From the NCBI RefSeq assembly GCF_001194135.2, contig NC_068989.1, positions 49,675,420 through 49,726,855 on the forward strand: DNA of 51,436 nt, given 5' to 3'. The first letter of the stretch is position 1, and each line of letters opens with the position of its first letter. The DNA comes from Octopus bimaculoides (taxonomy: Eukaryota). Position numbers and translations under genes: made by a program. Positions 24,601 through 37,724 of this stretch are shown here, piece by piece. Under the pieces are notes generated by a model. The model was not told the DNA's origin and did no database searches. It saw nothing but the letters and a program-made list of their open reading frames with translations.

Positions 24601-25363
24601 TATTTCATGTTGAGAACAATTTAGGTCTTATTAGACACAAGATGTGATCTATTTCTAGCACATTGAATGTCCACGTTAGTGGTCAACATCATATATATAA
24701 ATATATATATATATATATCTATATATATATATATATATATATNNNNNNNNNNNNNNNNNNNNNNNNNNNNNNNNNNNNNNNNNNNNNNNNNNNNNNNNNN
24801 NNNNNNNNNNNNNNNNNNNNNNNNNNNNNNNNNNNNNNNNNNNNNNNNNNNNNNNNNNNNNNNNNNNNNNNNNNNNNNNNNNNNNNNNNNNNNNNNNNNN
24901 NNNNNNNNNNNNNNNNNNNNNNNNNNNNNNNNNNNNNNNNNNNNNNNNNNNNNNNNNNNNNNNNNNNNNNNNNNNNNNNNNNNNNNNNNNNNNNNNNNNN
25001 NNNNNNNNNNNNNNNNNNNNNNNNNNNNNNNNNNNNNNNNNNNNNNNNNNNNNNNNNNNNNNNNNNNNNNNNNNNNNNNNNNNNNNNNNNNNNNNNNNNN
25101 NNNNNNNNNNNNNNNNNNNNNNNNNNNNNNNNNNNNNNNNNNNNNNNNNNNNNNNNNNNNNNNNNNNNNNNNNNNNNNNNNNNNNNNNNNNNNNNNNNNN
25201 NNNNNNNNNNNNNNNNNNNNNNNNNNNNNNNNNNNNNNNNNNNNNNNNNNNNNNNNNNNNNNNNNNNNNNNNNNNNNNNNNNNNNNNNNNNNNNNNNNNN
25301 NNNNNNNNNNNNNNNNNNNNNNNNNNNNNNNNNNNNNNNNNNNNNNNNNNNNNNNNNNNNNNN

Positions 25364-25394
<31 letters not shown>

Positions 25395-25395
<1 letters not shown>

Positions 25396-26225
25396 GTGGT
25401 GTGGGGAAACAGTCCAAAATGGACAAACAGAAAAATCTATGAGTTGAGATTGGGGCTCCTTTAGGGCCATACATCCTTGCTCGTGAATGACAATGTTTTT
25501 CTGAATCCAGTGTTGTGTCTGTTTGGAACTGTGGGAGGGTGTCAAGTCCTGTTGGAGGCTCCAAAGTGCGCCTTGAAAGTGCTCATTCACCCATGGAATC
25601 AGTCTAGCTTCCAGAATGTTGCTAATGTATTACTGGGTGTTAATTTTAACACCTGAGGGCACAAAAACGAGGGGAGACCTTTCAGTGGCTGTCACAGCTA
25701 CCCAAACCATAACTGATTGTGGATTTTGATGTCGATTTATGAGTCTACCCTTGGCAGAGCCAGATAAACTCCAAAGTCGGTTATTCTGGTGGTTTACTGT
25801 CTGTTCAACGTCAAATTTATTTTCATCAGTGAACACCAGGTTGGGCAGCATACCTTCAGCAATCTGACGCAGTATAAGAGGACTTCTCTCCAGTTTCATG
25901 GCTTTATAAACTTGTGTGGCCTCATGATGGCAGATCATCTTGTAGGGGTGGGTCCTGAGATCCTCCTTCAGCACTCAATACATCAATGTGTAGCTTATTT
26001 TTACTGTGGCAGCCTGTTTTCTGATGGAACGACGAGGAGTTCGCTGTATCTTTTCTCTGATACTTCTTTTTCAACCAGTCCAGATCAATCAGTGATGGAA
26101 CCACGCTCTTGAAATTTCTTGACAATTTTCCAGACTGTTCGGTTAATTTTAAGCTTTTTTACTATAGCTGTACTACTTTCACCTCCTTTGTATAGGGTTA
26201 TGATTGTATTTCTGTCTATAGCCAT
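25395..26225 (-). mobile_element. Tc1/mariner DD37D (maT-like) transposase pseudogene
   Basis: ATG at 26225 (MAIDRNTIITLYKGGE..), LVFTDENKF, VMVWVAV, QQD..WP*RSPNLN; about 37 residues between the second and third D after repairing one frameshift. Confidence 0.85.
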
Positions 26226-26544
26226 TATCTAATTTATAAATCTGAATTTATTTAGTCTGAAACAAAAAGAAGACACACTAAGCTTTTATAATGTTGTATA
26301 ATTTTAATATCTTATCACATTTATTGATAGTTATTAAAGCCTGAAATTACTCACACACACACCCTAGGCATTCCTCTATCACCCCATTTATATTTATATT
26401 TACATCCTCATACTCCAAGAGTATGCCCTGGCACATTTCCACCATTTCCTTCACACTTTCTCACTCTCCCTCTCACTTGTTCTCACTCACACTGGCTCGC
26501 TCACATTCTCACACTCTCTCCCTTGCTCACACACACAAAAGCAA

Positions 26545-26582
<38 letters not shown>

Positions 26583-26639
26583 TCTCTCTCTCCCCCTCTC
26601 TCTCTCTCTTTCTCACACTCTCTCCTTCTGACAAGGGTA

Positions 26640-26833
26640 ACCATGTATCTCTCTACAGCAACACAACTGTTTCTGTCCCTCTGTCATACTCTAACTTTTC
26701 ATTACCCGGCACACAGCCTCCTCCTTCAAAACCACCACCTCACTCATAGGATTTTTGTCTTGCAACTTACTTGATGACCTTGCCAGTATTGGTGCAACGT
26801 AAGAAGCATCAGGTCCACCCTGTAAAGTGGTTG
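26640..26833 (+). mobile_element. LINE-type 3' region fragment cut by a gap
   Basis: gcaacttacttgatgaccttgccagtattggtgcaacgtaagaagca..gtccaccctgtaaagtggttg, similar to 13625-13700. Confidence 0.6.
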
Positions 26834-27119
26834 NNNNNNNNNNNNNNNNNNNNNNNNNNNNNNNNNNNNNNNNNNNNNNNNNNNNNNNNNNNNNNNNNNN
26901 NNNNNNNNNNNNNNNNNNNNNNNNNNNNNNNNNNNNNNNNNNNNNNNNNNNNNNNNNNNNNNNNNNNNNNNNNNNNNNNNNNNNNNNNNNNNNNNNNNNN
27001 NNNNNNNNNNNNNNNNNNNNNNNNNNNNNNNNNNNNNNNNNNNNNNNNNNNNNNNNNNNNNNNATATATGTTGTTGTGGCAGTCCTGACACAATGAGTAA
27101 TGTCAGTCAACAAGGTACA

Positions 27120-29022
27120 CTGTTCTGGCCTGTCCCACAGAGATGACAAAATATGTCGTCATAATGTGAGACATAACAGTGATGACGAGGATACCTTCCA
27201 CTGTGTAATGGTTTTGTTATAACAATGGTAACAAGGTTACGAAAGCTTGTAGGAATGTCAAAATGGAAGACCTACATTCAAGAACAATGAAAGAAAGTTT
27301 GAAGGATTTGAACTCTAATACAGAAATCGAATTTCACCCAGTGAAAAGTAATAAATACACTGTGAAAAATGTATAAAAAAGATTCTGAAAAATAAAAATA
27401 AAACACTAACACAAAATTGAACTACACACGGTGAAAAGTAATATACACACAGTGAAAAATATATAAAAAATATAAATTCTGAAGAAAAAAAAACACTAAC
27501 ACAGAATTAAACTACACATGGTGAAAAATTTATAAAAAGAGATTTTGAAAAAAAAACTATGGCTCTATGTGGAACAAAAAATCATAATAACGATAAGTCT
27601 GTATGAAGGATTTAATAAATCTGTGTGGGACAAAAAATAATTCTGGTTAGAAGAAAAAAAATGAAAAAGAATTAATGATACATTTAAAGCAAGTCATGCT
27701 AGAAGATTTCAAAAATAAGTAGATATTATCTGTTGAAATTGAAAACGAACCAGTTGCTAAGAAAGTTAAAGTGGACAAAGTAAACGCAAGCCATTTTGTG
27801 ATTAAGGATACTAAACAAGTCCTCCTTGAAAAGACACCAGATGAAATGTTGATGGAAGTGACTAGTGAAGAACACATTGTAGAATATTCTGAAATTAGAG
27901 AATCTGAACCATCTGTTACAGGAAAAGGGTTCTTCCGCTGAAAATGCTTCAGTGAGGAATCGTTCTAACGTGAAAACTTTAAAAGATAATGGAAGTTTGC
28001 AGGCAACCAATCCAGTTTCTGCCGAGAAAAGTGTAATGAAAGGAAAAGTTATGGAAAGGAAAAATATATACATATAATAATGGTGTGTGATTTAAAAAAA
28101 AAGAAAATAATAATATTTCTGTGTGCAATACGAAAAAATCTAAATAAGAGAAAAATAATTCTGGTTAGAAGAAAAAGAAGTGAACAAAAAAAAATAATGT
28201 TGTGTTGAAAGAGAAAAAAAAAATATATATGCTGCGAAGAAATAATAAATATAATTCTGTGTGGAACAAGAAAAAATCTAAATAAGGGAAAATAATAAGT
28301 AGGAGGATCATTTCATAGGCATAGGAGTGGCTGTGTGGTAAGTAGCTTGCTTACGAACCACATGGTTCCATGTTCAGCTCCACTGCGGGGCACCTTGGGC
28401 AAATGTCTTCTACTATAGCCCTGGGCCGACCAAAGCATTGTGAGTGGATTTGGTAGATGGAAACTGAAAGAAGCCTGTCATATATATGTATATATATATA
28501 TGCATGTCTATGTATATGTTTGTGTGTCTGTGTTTATACCCCCTAACATCGCTTGACAACCAATGCTAGTGTGTTTATACCCCCATAACTTAGCGGTTTG
28601 GCAAAAGAGACTGATAGAGTAAGTACTATGCTTACAAAGAATAAGTACTGGGGTTGATTTGCTTGACTAAAGGCGGTGCTCCAACATGGCCACAGTCAAA
28701 TGACTGAAACAAGTAAAAGAGTAAGTACGTGTGAAGGATTTGCATGAAAGTGAAATACAGCATCGACTTGAAGAAATAGCAAAACTGGAGCTTATTTGAA
28801 TGAAAAATAATTCTGTGTGGAAGAAAAAGAAATGAAATATAAAAAACAAAAAATTATGTTGCGTGTGAAAAAAAAAATTCAAATCGGAGAGGTGTTGTGG
28901 TGGACGCCCCTAGGTGAGAAGTGGGCTTGTCCACTGCTAATAAATAGTAGACTGACAGTCGGTAATGCTGTTTGGGCCAATCTCGCAGAGATGACAAAAT
29001 ACATCATCATAATGCGGGACAT

Positions 29023-29026
<4 letters not shown>
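27120..29026 (+). other. unclassified element bounded by 59-bp direct repeats, with a decayed ORF (27660-28077)
   Basis: Repeats 27120-27178 and 28968-29026 (48/59 identical); internal A-rich subrepeats; charged ORF relic with one stop and one frameshift. Confidence 0.55.
28313..28722 (+). mobile_element. SINE-B, full length, inserted in the unclassified element
   Basis: aggcataggagtggctgtgtggtaagtagc head through gaaacaagtaaaagagtaag tail. Confidence 0.92.
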
Positions 29027-29119
<93 letters not shown>

Positions 29120-30716
29120 TATATGTTGACAATATTAAAAATAAGGATTACTCTGAAGTAGCAATAGCATTACCCTTAATTCTATAATTATATACTGCCT
29201 TTTAAGACCAACACATGTTTCAATTGCACTGATTAGTAACCGTTGCAATTTCAACCCTACTATAAAACGGTGCAGTCTCTTCAGGGTCTTAACTTGATAT
29301 TCCTTGGTAAGGCCATTTAATGATTTTCTTTTATAAACTCTACATTGTATAATAAAGAGTTGTCTTCGAACAATCTCTATTTCAAGTTGTTATTGGATAA
29401 TCATTTTCAGTCCATCATTTTAAAATCTTGTATAGTTTAAATGATAATTACTCATTTATATTTGGCAAATATAAATTTCCTTATGCGCAAGCATCTCAAT
29501 GCTTGCTTCTGTCTAGAATTTATTACATTACCCTTGGATGTGAAAATCCTGTAAAATTTTCTAAACACAAGCCACATCTATTGGTTCAGGTCTGTATGCT
29601 TTTGCAGTGCAAATTAACTTGCATTTAATCATGCTGTCCTTGAAAGACCAGATTAATTTGTTAAGACTTGTTTGTAACTTTTTATTTTTGTCCTTAATTG
29701 AACTCAAATGATTTGCCAATCTCCTCTTGAAAATTAGTGATGTCCTGTCAAAGTAAAGGAATTCCTTACCCTCAGGTGTAACTAACTATTCATCTATATA
29801 TTACATTTTTAGCTTTACACTTATTTTTCACATAACAGGATTCCTGTTTAGAACAATTGCAAAGACAGCCTTTCATATTTCCGTCAGATTTAGTTTCAAT
29901 TTGATCATTGATTTTAAAATTAAGTTCATTTCCATCAAGTTCTCTATTACTGTTTACTCCTTTAGATAACATGATCTTTGTTCTATTTCTTGCTGAACTT
30001 TCATTTGATTTGACATTATTTATGTTAAATTGGGTTGTTTCCTTTTCCACGACAGTTAATTTCTTAACGTTCTCTTCTATTTGAGTTTCTTTATTCCATT
30101 TTTGATGTTATTACGCTTTGAATTTATTACACTATTCTGACTGTAATTGCTTTTTTGAAATTTCAATATTATTTTAATATTATGTGTTGCTATAATTTGT
30201 GCAATATTACAACTAAGACAATAACCCAATCTAATCTTATGCCAATTAAAAATTTTGTAATATCTGTGGTTTGTTGGAAAATATTTTTGAATTGCTATAT
30301 TAAATAATTTGGAGAAATTGTAATTGACCTGTTTACCAAATGGAACGGTTAACCATAAAATATTCTTCAAGTTAAGATCATAATTCTGATGTTTGTATCA
30401 ATTTTTTGAAGGAGTAAGTATTCTCTGATTTCGATCCATTTTAAAGTTAGCGTTTAGTTTACTTTTATTTTTATCTTTAAACCTTTTAGCTGATTTTATA
30501 TTAAAAGTATTTGAGATTTTATTAGAGGATACTACATTCTCATTTCCATTAGCAGTATGAGAATTTTTAACCCAGTTATCAACAATCTTACAATTTTCCC
30601 TTTTGTTATAAATATAATTATTCGCCTTTTTATTCTCACTATAAAAATCTTCTACTCTCATTATTCTATCAACTTGAGTATTTGATTTTAAATCTCTATT
30701 ACTACATTTGCATATA
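29120..30716 (-). mobile_element. Penelope-like element remnant (linker + Cys-rich motif + GIY-YIG endonuclease + terminal repeat)
   Basis: KNILWLTVPFGKQV..KYFPTNHRYYKIFN..IIATHN (PLE linker), CNCSKQESC..KC..NVIY, Y..RT..FKRRLANHLSS..LIW, RCGLCLE; several stops and frameshifts. Confidence 0.85.
29204..29290 (-). ncRNA. type-I hammerhead ribozyme with extended stem II, in the PLE 3' repeat
   Basis: AAGACC-CUGAAGA-GACUGCAC(40 nt)GUGCAAUU-GAAAC-AUGU-GUU^-GGUCUU: stem I 6 bp perfect, stem II 7/8, intact core. Confidence 0.8.
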
Positions 30717-30718
30717 TA

Positions 30719-32015
30719 CAAGATGTCCCGAAAAGATGTACTCACGCTTTGACTTCCCAGTACTCATGCATTTTGTGTTCAAGTAAATGTTAATTGACAT
30801 ACATACAATCCTAAAAAGTTAAATTAAATTCAGGAAAATAAATTGTTGTAGAAACGATTATTTATTGTCATTTAGAATTATTTAATGTTCTCTCTCATTC
30901 CTGCGTGTTTGTAAATGTTCAAACTGCCTTCCTTCATTTTCCAAACAAAGCCGATAATGTCCAACAATGGATTTTGTCAACACTGCCAAGCATTTCATTT
31001 GGAATTGCAAGACATTGTACTCGAATTTCCTTTTTCAAATCATCAATTGTCACAGGTTTTGCAGTGTAAACCTTATCTTTGAGATGTCCCCATAAAAAAA
31101 AAATTCATTGGCGTGAGGTCTGGGGAATATTCAGGAAATTCAACGCTACCTCTCCTCCCAATCCATTTGTTTGGATTTGTTGCATCGAGGTAAGCCCGTA
31201 CACCATGATGGTAGTGAGGAGGAGCTCCATCTTGCCGGAAGTAAATCTCCTCATCCCAAACATCTCTTCAATTCATGGACCGACATTTTCCATCAATAGG
31301 TTTAAGTAAACTGGACCACTGACAGTTTGGTCAAAAAAAAAAAAAATGGTTCAATGATACCCAATGTTGACACCCCACATCACACTGTAATGCCTGGTAA
31401 GTTCAGATGGTGTTCCATAGTAAAATGTGAAATTATGTCAGTTGACTGAACCATTTAACTTGAAGGTAGCCTCATCACTCCATAAGATTTTCTCTGGAAA
31501 CGTTGCATCCTCTGCGAATTTGTTCAGATACCATTCACAAAATTGAACTCTCCAATCAGGATCATCTTCATTGAGGGCTTGAATTAATGTTGGAACATAA
31601 CTTTTCCTATGAGTTCGTTTCAACATCCTATGGACAATCGATTTTGGGATTCCTATCTCACGACTCAATTGTCTTACAGATTTCTTTGGGGATCGAGAAA
31701 GGGTTTCCATTAATTGGTTGTGTCTATTGGGGCTGGTGGATGTTCATGGTCTTCCAGAATGTTGCTTACTCTGTTCCGTATGCTTCAAATTTATCTCTGA
31801 TGCGAGCAATAGTGCGTTGTGTTGGTGGTGTCTTCTGAAGCTGTCTGTTAAATTGTCTTTGCACTTCCGTGCTTCCAGTAACACTTTAATATAATTTTAT
31901 TTTCCTCAAACGTGAGTTATGCATTTGCCATTGTGAAGGGTTGGTTGAGTCTGAAATAAAAAACGATACATCAGTAATTGTCTGTCAAAGAGTGAGTACA
32001 TCTTTTTGGGACGCC

Positions 32016-32018
<3 letters not shown>
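30719..32018 (-). mobile_element. full-length (1.3 kb) Tc1/mariner of DD41D (rosa-like) type, transposase inactivated
   Basis: About 35-bp imperfect TIRs (caagatgtcccgaaaagatgtactcac / gtgagtacatctttttgggacgccctg) flanked by TA; WSDEATF, QDGAPH..WIGR..SPDLTPMN (third D mutated to N); stops and frameshifts. Confidence 0.9.
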
Positions 32019-32076
<58 letters not shown>

Positions 32077-32189
32077 TACACACACACACATAGGCCCACA
32101 TAATTTTAAGCTGACCCACACATACATTCACATATGCTTGTACACCCTAGTTCAGTCAGATCACTATTATTATCTCCCTTTCATTTAGC

Positions 32190-33115
32190 TTCTTTCTTCT
32201 GGTCATTTCATGAAGCTGGACCATCTATGCACGTTTTCTGCATTCAGGGCCCACATCTCACTACCATGGAGTATAGCCATTTGTACACAAGCATCATACA
32301 ATTTGCCTTTCACTCTGAGAGAGAATTCTTTTGTTTCCTATAAAGGTAATAGCTCTTTGAACTTCCTCCATCCCATTCTTATTCTAACAACAATATTTTC
32401 AGAACAATCTCCATCATTGATAATTTGATAACCTAGGTAACAGAAATTATTTACAACTTCAAGGGAGCCTCCTGGGCATTTGAAAGAGTCTTATTCTTGT
32501 GTGTTCTGAGTGCTTATTATTCTTGTGCATCTGCCACATACAAAGACAACTTCTTTGTTAACCTATTTGTGATTCCACTGTATCTCTTATGTGTCAACAG
32601 CTTGCACTGGATGCAACAAATTAATTTCTTCCAACACCTTTCCTACATATTGAACAGGGCATTTACTTGACAGAAAGAGAATCTTATCTACTCTCTTGCT
32701 AACAACAACTTTGGTCTTTGCAAGATTTACTTTAAAGCCCTTTGATTCCATACTTGGAATTTCTTCTCCAATTCCATTACAGATTCTGCAATAAGAGCAA
32801 GGTCATCAGTATATAGTAGTTCCCATGGACAAGGAGTTTTAAATTCCTCTGTCGTTGCCTGGAGGACTATGATGAATAAGAGGGAACTGAGAACTGATCC
32901 CCAGTGAACCCCTACTTGTGCACTAATTTATCACTGTACGCTAGGCCAACTTTCACCCTGCTGTCAGTACTGTTATACATGGCTTGTACAGCTGTAAACA
33001 AGCTACTCATCTACTCTTAACTTCCTTAGAGACCATCAGATAACACAACAAGGTACTCAGTCAAAAGCTTTCTCTAGGTTAATGAAAGCCGAGTACATTG
33101 GTTTACTTTTAGCCA
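32190..33115 (-). mobile_element. decayed RTE-like LINE RT region, same family as 1-369
   Basis: LEKAFD, GVHWGSVLS, PWELLYTDDLALIAES, VNLAKTK, FCYLG, GWRKFKELLP, LYDACV..LHGSEMW. Confidence 0.88.
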
Positions 33116-33249
33116 TACATATATATTATTTGTTATAAGGTGAGATTGTTACAGGAGTAGCAATTTTATACAGCAGAAGATTACGTAATCTGTACATTAC
33201 ATGATGTGTTCTGTTTCCTTTATTTATAAAACCAAATATTGCTTTGTTG

Positions 33250-33306
<57 letters not shown>

Positions 33307-34129
33307 TGAGTGCATGTACTTGCATGTATTTCTTGTGTATATGTGATTATGTTTATGTAAATGTAAAAATCAATGTTTCCAAAGCAACTTGCTACAAAGT
33401 TTGTTAACTTCTCATCCCTTTTCTGTGAGATCAATTCTACAACTCTATGTTAAGGGTTTCTTCGAAGACCTTCAGTAATTTATAGCAATAATTAATTATA
33501 CATGTAAGATAGATTCTCTTTTGAATCAAACAGCAAATAGGAAAACTTGGTTGTAAGTAACATTGTAATATTTCAGTATCCTGAGTTATCACAAACACTA
33601 GGCTGCCTTACTAAATGCCTCAGTGTTAACAGTTATTCCTTTTCTTTTATGAGTTTAAACCCTGCTGGCTTTATGTTTCTTTTTGTTTTTTATTTTATTG
33701 GTTCAATAGAAAACGGAGCAGTAATATACAAGAGTTAATTCTATTGGCTACAAGTCATTATGTATAAAGTCTGGCTTCATGACCAGTTGAAAGGAGTCAA
33801 TGTTGAAACTTTTCTCATGGATGTTAAAAATGTGGTAAATAAGTAGCCAAGTAAACACAGTATTTTGATTAGTTATTTAGAAATTGTTGTTATTATTTTT
33901 GTTGTTGTTATTGTCAATGATTTCTTTTATCTTTTAGGGATGAAGAAAGGCATAGGACAATGAGGATTGAGAAAAGGAGTGAGTGATTGAGATATGAACA
34001 ATAGACATGAGCTAAAGAATACAATGTATGGAGAACTGTAGATAACCAATGAAGACACAGATAAAAGAATGTATGGCAAACAAAAGATAAGTAATAAATG
34101 CAAGGATGCAATGCATATGTTCTCTGTGG

Positions 34130-34945
34130 GCAAACCCATTGTAGTTCTGGCTTCCACTGCTAGAAGCCACTTGATGTGATCCTCAGGCATCAGTCTGCCC
34201 ACCAGTGGCATCGGGTACAGTCGTACTGCCACGTGGTGCTTCTTTGTTTAGCAGGGCTTCTCCTCTGTTTGTTGATTTTTGTGATGGCTGAAATGAAAGA
34301 GCAGTGTGCTTTTGTGAATTTCTGTTTCCTGTTGGGGAAAATGGTGGCCAAAACAGTTGCCATGCTTCAAGCGGCTTACAAGGATGCTGCCATGTGCAAA
34401 ACTCAAGTTTACGAGTCGTTTCCATGCTTTAGGAATGGTCTCTTGTTTCTTGAGGACCAACCTCATTCAAGATGACCGTTGACCTCCTGAATGAATGAAA
34501 ACATCAGGAAAATTCATAAACTGATCTTGGAGGACCATCACCAGACAATTGACGAACTTGTTGATATGACTGGTGTGTTCTGGAACTCTTGCCAACAAAT
34601 TTTGAGCGAAGAATTGTAAATGAAAAGAGTTGCAGCAAAATTTGTGCCTCGCTTGCACACGGAAGATCAAAAGCAGTCACAATTGAATGTGTGTTGTGAA
34701 CTGAAAGAACAGCTGGAAGTTGATCTGGATCTATTTTTGAAGGTCATCTCTGGTGATGAAAGCTAAAAGAGGTGAAGAAAAATATGATGGAGGTATTAAA
34801 AGGCATCACTTCACAAGATTTCCAGCACTGCTTCAAATAGTGGAAATGAAGGTGATAAAAGTGTAAGGCAATAAAAATGTAAACATGTAAAAATAAGTGA
34901 ATAAAATAATACTGCAAAATTCTGGTTTCTTTTGGGTGTTCCTTG
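34130..34945 (+). mobile_element. mariner internal-deletion derivative (HTH region to first D, then C-terminus)
   Basis: MAEMKEQCAFVNFCFLLGK..KRVAAKFVPRL..KVISGDES; right end cttttgggtgttccttg+TA; left TIR not found. Confidence 0.85.
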
Positions 34946-35199
34946 TACAAAGTATGTCTCAAAGAAGACAAGTTGTTGGACTTGAAACTTAACCCTGGGG
35001 AGAAATGCTAATGTGGGATGGTTGTTTCTGAGGACTCGGTTGTTGGACTTGATTTCTTGGTGAATAAAACTGAGAAAAGGCTAGATTCCTGGATGATGGG
35101 TGGGGGTGGTCTCTATTTGTAAGCTTCATATTTCTATAGCTTGTCTCTTTTGCAAAGCAGCAATCTTGGGTCAAGAAAAAAAATTAAAACTAGATGTCA

Positions 35200-35790
35200 G
35201 GCATTTAAAATGTTGTCAGGCACTTATTGGCCTCTTTGAGGGCAACGATTGGTGGAATTTTCACTTGAACACTATGTAGAAAACTGGTGGTTAGGAAGTA
35301 CTATGATATCCAAGGGAAAACTCTAGACATCACTGAGGTCAAGCTGGCTGGAGAACTTTTGGACCAGTGATTAGTATGGATAATTTCCAGTTTGAGAGAA
35401 ATTCATCAAGCGTGGAAGTGCTGTCAAGCAAGAGCTTTTGAGATGCATGCAGAGCAATGAAACTGTATTGCATGCACCCAAATATTACTGCATATGGATG
35501 TATTTCAAAACTGTAGTCACATGTTGGATGGATTCAGCTATCTACTGAGTTCATTGTAAGCATCTCCTAGTTACCCTTTCCTAATTGAGCTGTGCAGGCA
35601 GTTTTCCAGTGTTTAGTGACTCTGGCAAAAGAGGTAGTGTGGTGGATGAGGCTAGTTTATCAAGTTCCATCCAGAAAAGAAAGTGAGGATGAAAGATGAA
35701 GTACCCTCTTCTAATGAATTTGTCAAAAGTTGGGTGACAGTCGTGGAAACAATTATGGTGAATGGAACTAATTTAAGTATGTGCTTGTAG
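35200..35790 (+). mobile_element. strongly decayed Tx1/L1-clade LINE fragment
   Basis: Nucleotide blocks shared with 39300-39790 (tatggataatttccag; caatgaaac..catgc). Confidence 0.55.
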
Positions 35791-35931
35791 ATTAAGAACA
35801 ACAGGTGGGTGAGGAAACATGTTCTTGGTAGTCAGAGGGATCTTGGATCTGAGGTGTTTCTTGATTAGCTCTATTTGGAAGATCTCCCATAATAGAAAGG
35901 CTGTGCCATCCATGGATTTATGTATTTTGTA

Positions 35932-35971
<40 letters not shown>

Positions 35972-36949
35972 CTTCTCATTTCTCCTCAGTGATTTTTCAT
36001 GCAAAACCTCACATACTGTAACCTATTTTTGTAATGTCCCCTTTACCTGGCACCCCTCTGACGTAAAGAACTCCTCATCAGCATCATTGTTGTTGATGTC
36101 TATTTGTTTTCAGCAAGTATGAATATGTTTATTTCTGCTTGTGGTGTTGGAATATAGGTGAATAAGCTTTCAGAAGGATTTAAAAAAACTGGTTAATATT
36201 TTCACATGCATAAGACATTTACAAGGCAAGTGAGTTTTTATTTCAATTAAATCCCTTCCCATTTTGAAAATAAGAACTTCTGTTAAACATTACATTTCAT
36301 TTTTTCTTCATTTTGGCACTGTAGAATATTATCACCTTCCTCAGAAATTGGATTAATATTTTTTACACATTTTGTTCTCCTCATTTAACAGAGCAAGCGT
36401 TTTTCATTTAATTGTATTTCTTTTATGCATTTCAGCCATGTGGCTATGGTCATGCTGGAACACTATCGCGATACATTTTTGTAAACAAAAAAAATCTAAT
36501 TGAACATTTAGAACTTTTTGGTTTGATCGGTTTCACAAAGATGTTAAATCAACTGAACAATGCTCAGCAAAAAGTGGGGGTGAAAAAAACCCCAGACATT
36601 TCTATAAATGCAAAGTTCAGAGAAAAAAAAAAGGTACAAACAAGCTTGTAGAAATGAAAATATCTTATATTCAAGAAAATAAAAAAGAAATGGCTTATTG
36701 AGTGATTATTAGAACTCACTCAGCAGCAGCAACAGGAGCAACAACAACAGCAATAACGTTGACACTTATACACAGACATACAATCCTCTGAGTGAGAAAT
36801 ACTTAAATAAATGTTTTGCCAGCTTAGTCCAAATTGTTTCCAGCTTTCAAACTAAATATGGAAGAGGCAGAGTTCAAAACTAAGGGAAAGTTATTTATAT
36901 AATGACATGACCCACTTGTCTAAAGAATTTATTCAGAAGTGACCAAGGA

Positions 36950-37700
36950 GAAAACTAATGGGGTGAGGATTAACTTACCCTGTGCCCTTGAGGGACCAGA
37001 CAAAGGTAGCTCTGGCAGATGTCTACATTAACATCTTGTTTACAGAAAACAGCAAAATATTCAGCATCATATACCAGACCTTAAAGATCAAAGGTGCATC
37101 TCAGAAACAAGCAGAGATTCTACACAAAACGCCATTCATAAGCTTGTGCTGAAGTACTGGGGCAATGTAATACACTTAGAAGAATTGGAAATGACATTAA
37201 ATTTTGGCTCATTGTGGCTTTTGTAGTGCAATATGAGCAGATAATAAATGCATGAGTAGCAAGAAAAAATATTTGGTGGTTGGTATCAGTATGAACTTGT
37301 AAATATTTATGACACCCTCATGACTGAAAGGCCATTCCAAAGATATGTTCCATTGCGCAAGTTGAGTGAAAGGTAACGAGACTGGTGATACAGGACATAG
37401 ATCCAATTTGTTAAACTTTTGGCAGCAAAAGCCACTTGAGGGCCTTCTGCCTTGAGGATCTCTAAAGATAAAACAGTAGAAGAGTAGCTAATGCAAGCAA
37501 TAGAAGTTGTGGTCAGAAGAGCACCACCAGTTATGTCACTAATTGTAGCTTTGTGGCTGACTGGAAAATCCTTCATTGTTGATTCCAAAACCAAAAGCTG
37601 ACAACCAAGGCCTTGCCTGTTCCTGCTTCAGCACTCAGCACCACCATCACTCTATTGCCTTGTGATGGGCAGGAGAGGGCAAAAGAATACGAAGCTACTG
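36950..37700 (+). mobile_element. possible very old Gypsy-type pol (RT/RNase H) remnant
   Basis: Ordered weak motifs KYWGNVI, FGG..DTL..PFQ, PPVM..SFIVD, NQGLACFLLQ; many stops. Confidence 0.3.
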
Positions 37701-37724
37701 AAATTATTAGAAGTAAAACAAAAA

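Noticed and set aside
24497-28964. Shared 12-mer gacagtcggtaa at about 24497 and about 28953
   Set aside because: Isolated 12-mer matches are expected by chance in 51 kb.
32190-32345. Apparent plus-strand exon with good splice sites (MKLDHLCTF..)
   Set aside because: It is the antisense of the RTE RT remnant on the minus strand.
37260-37470. HD-GYP-like IYDTLMTERPF (plus) and carrier-like ILKAEGP (minus) peptides
   Set aside because: Short, surrounded by stops, and better explained as decayed Gypsy-like pol or chance.
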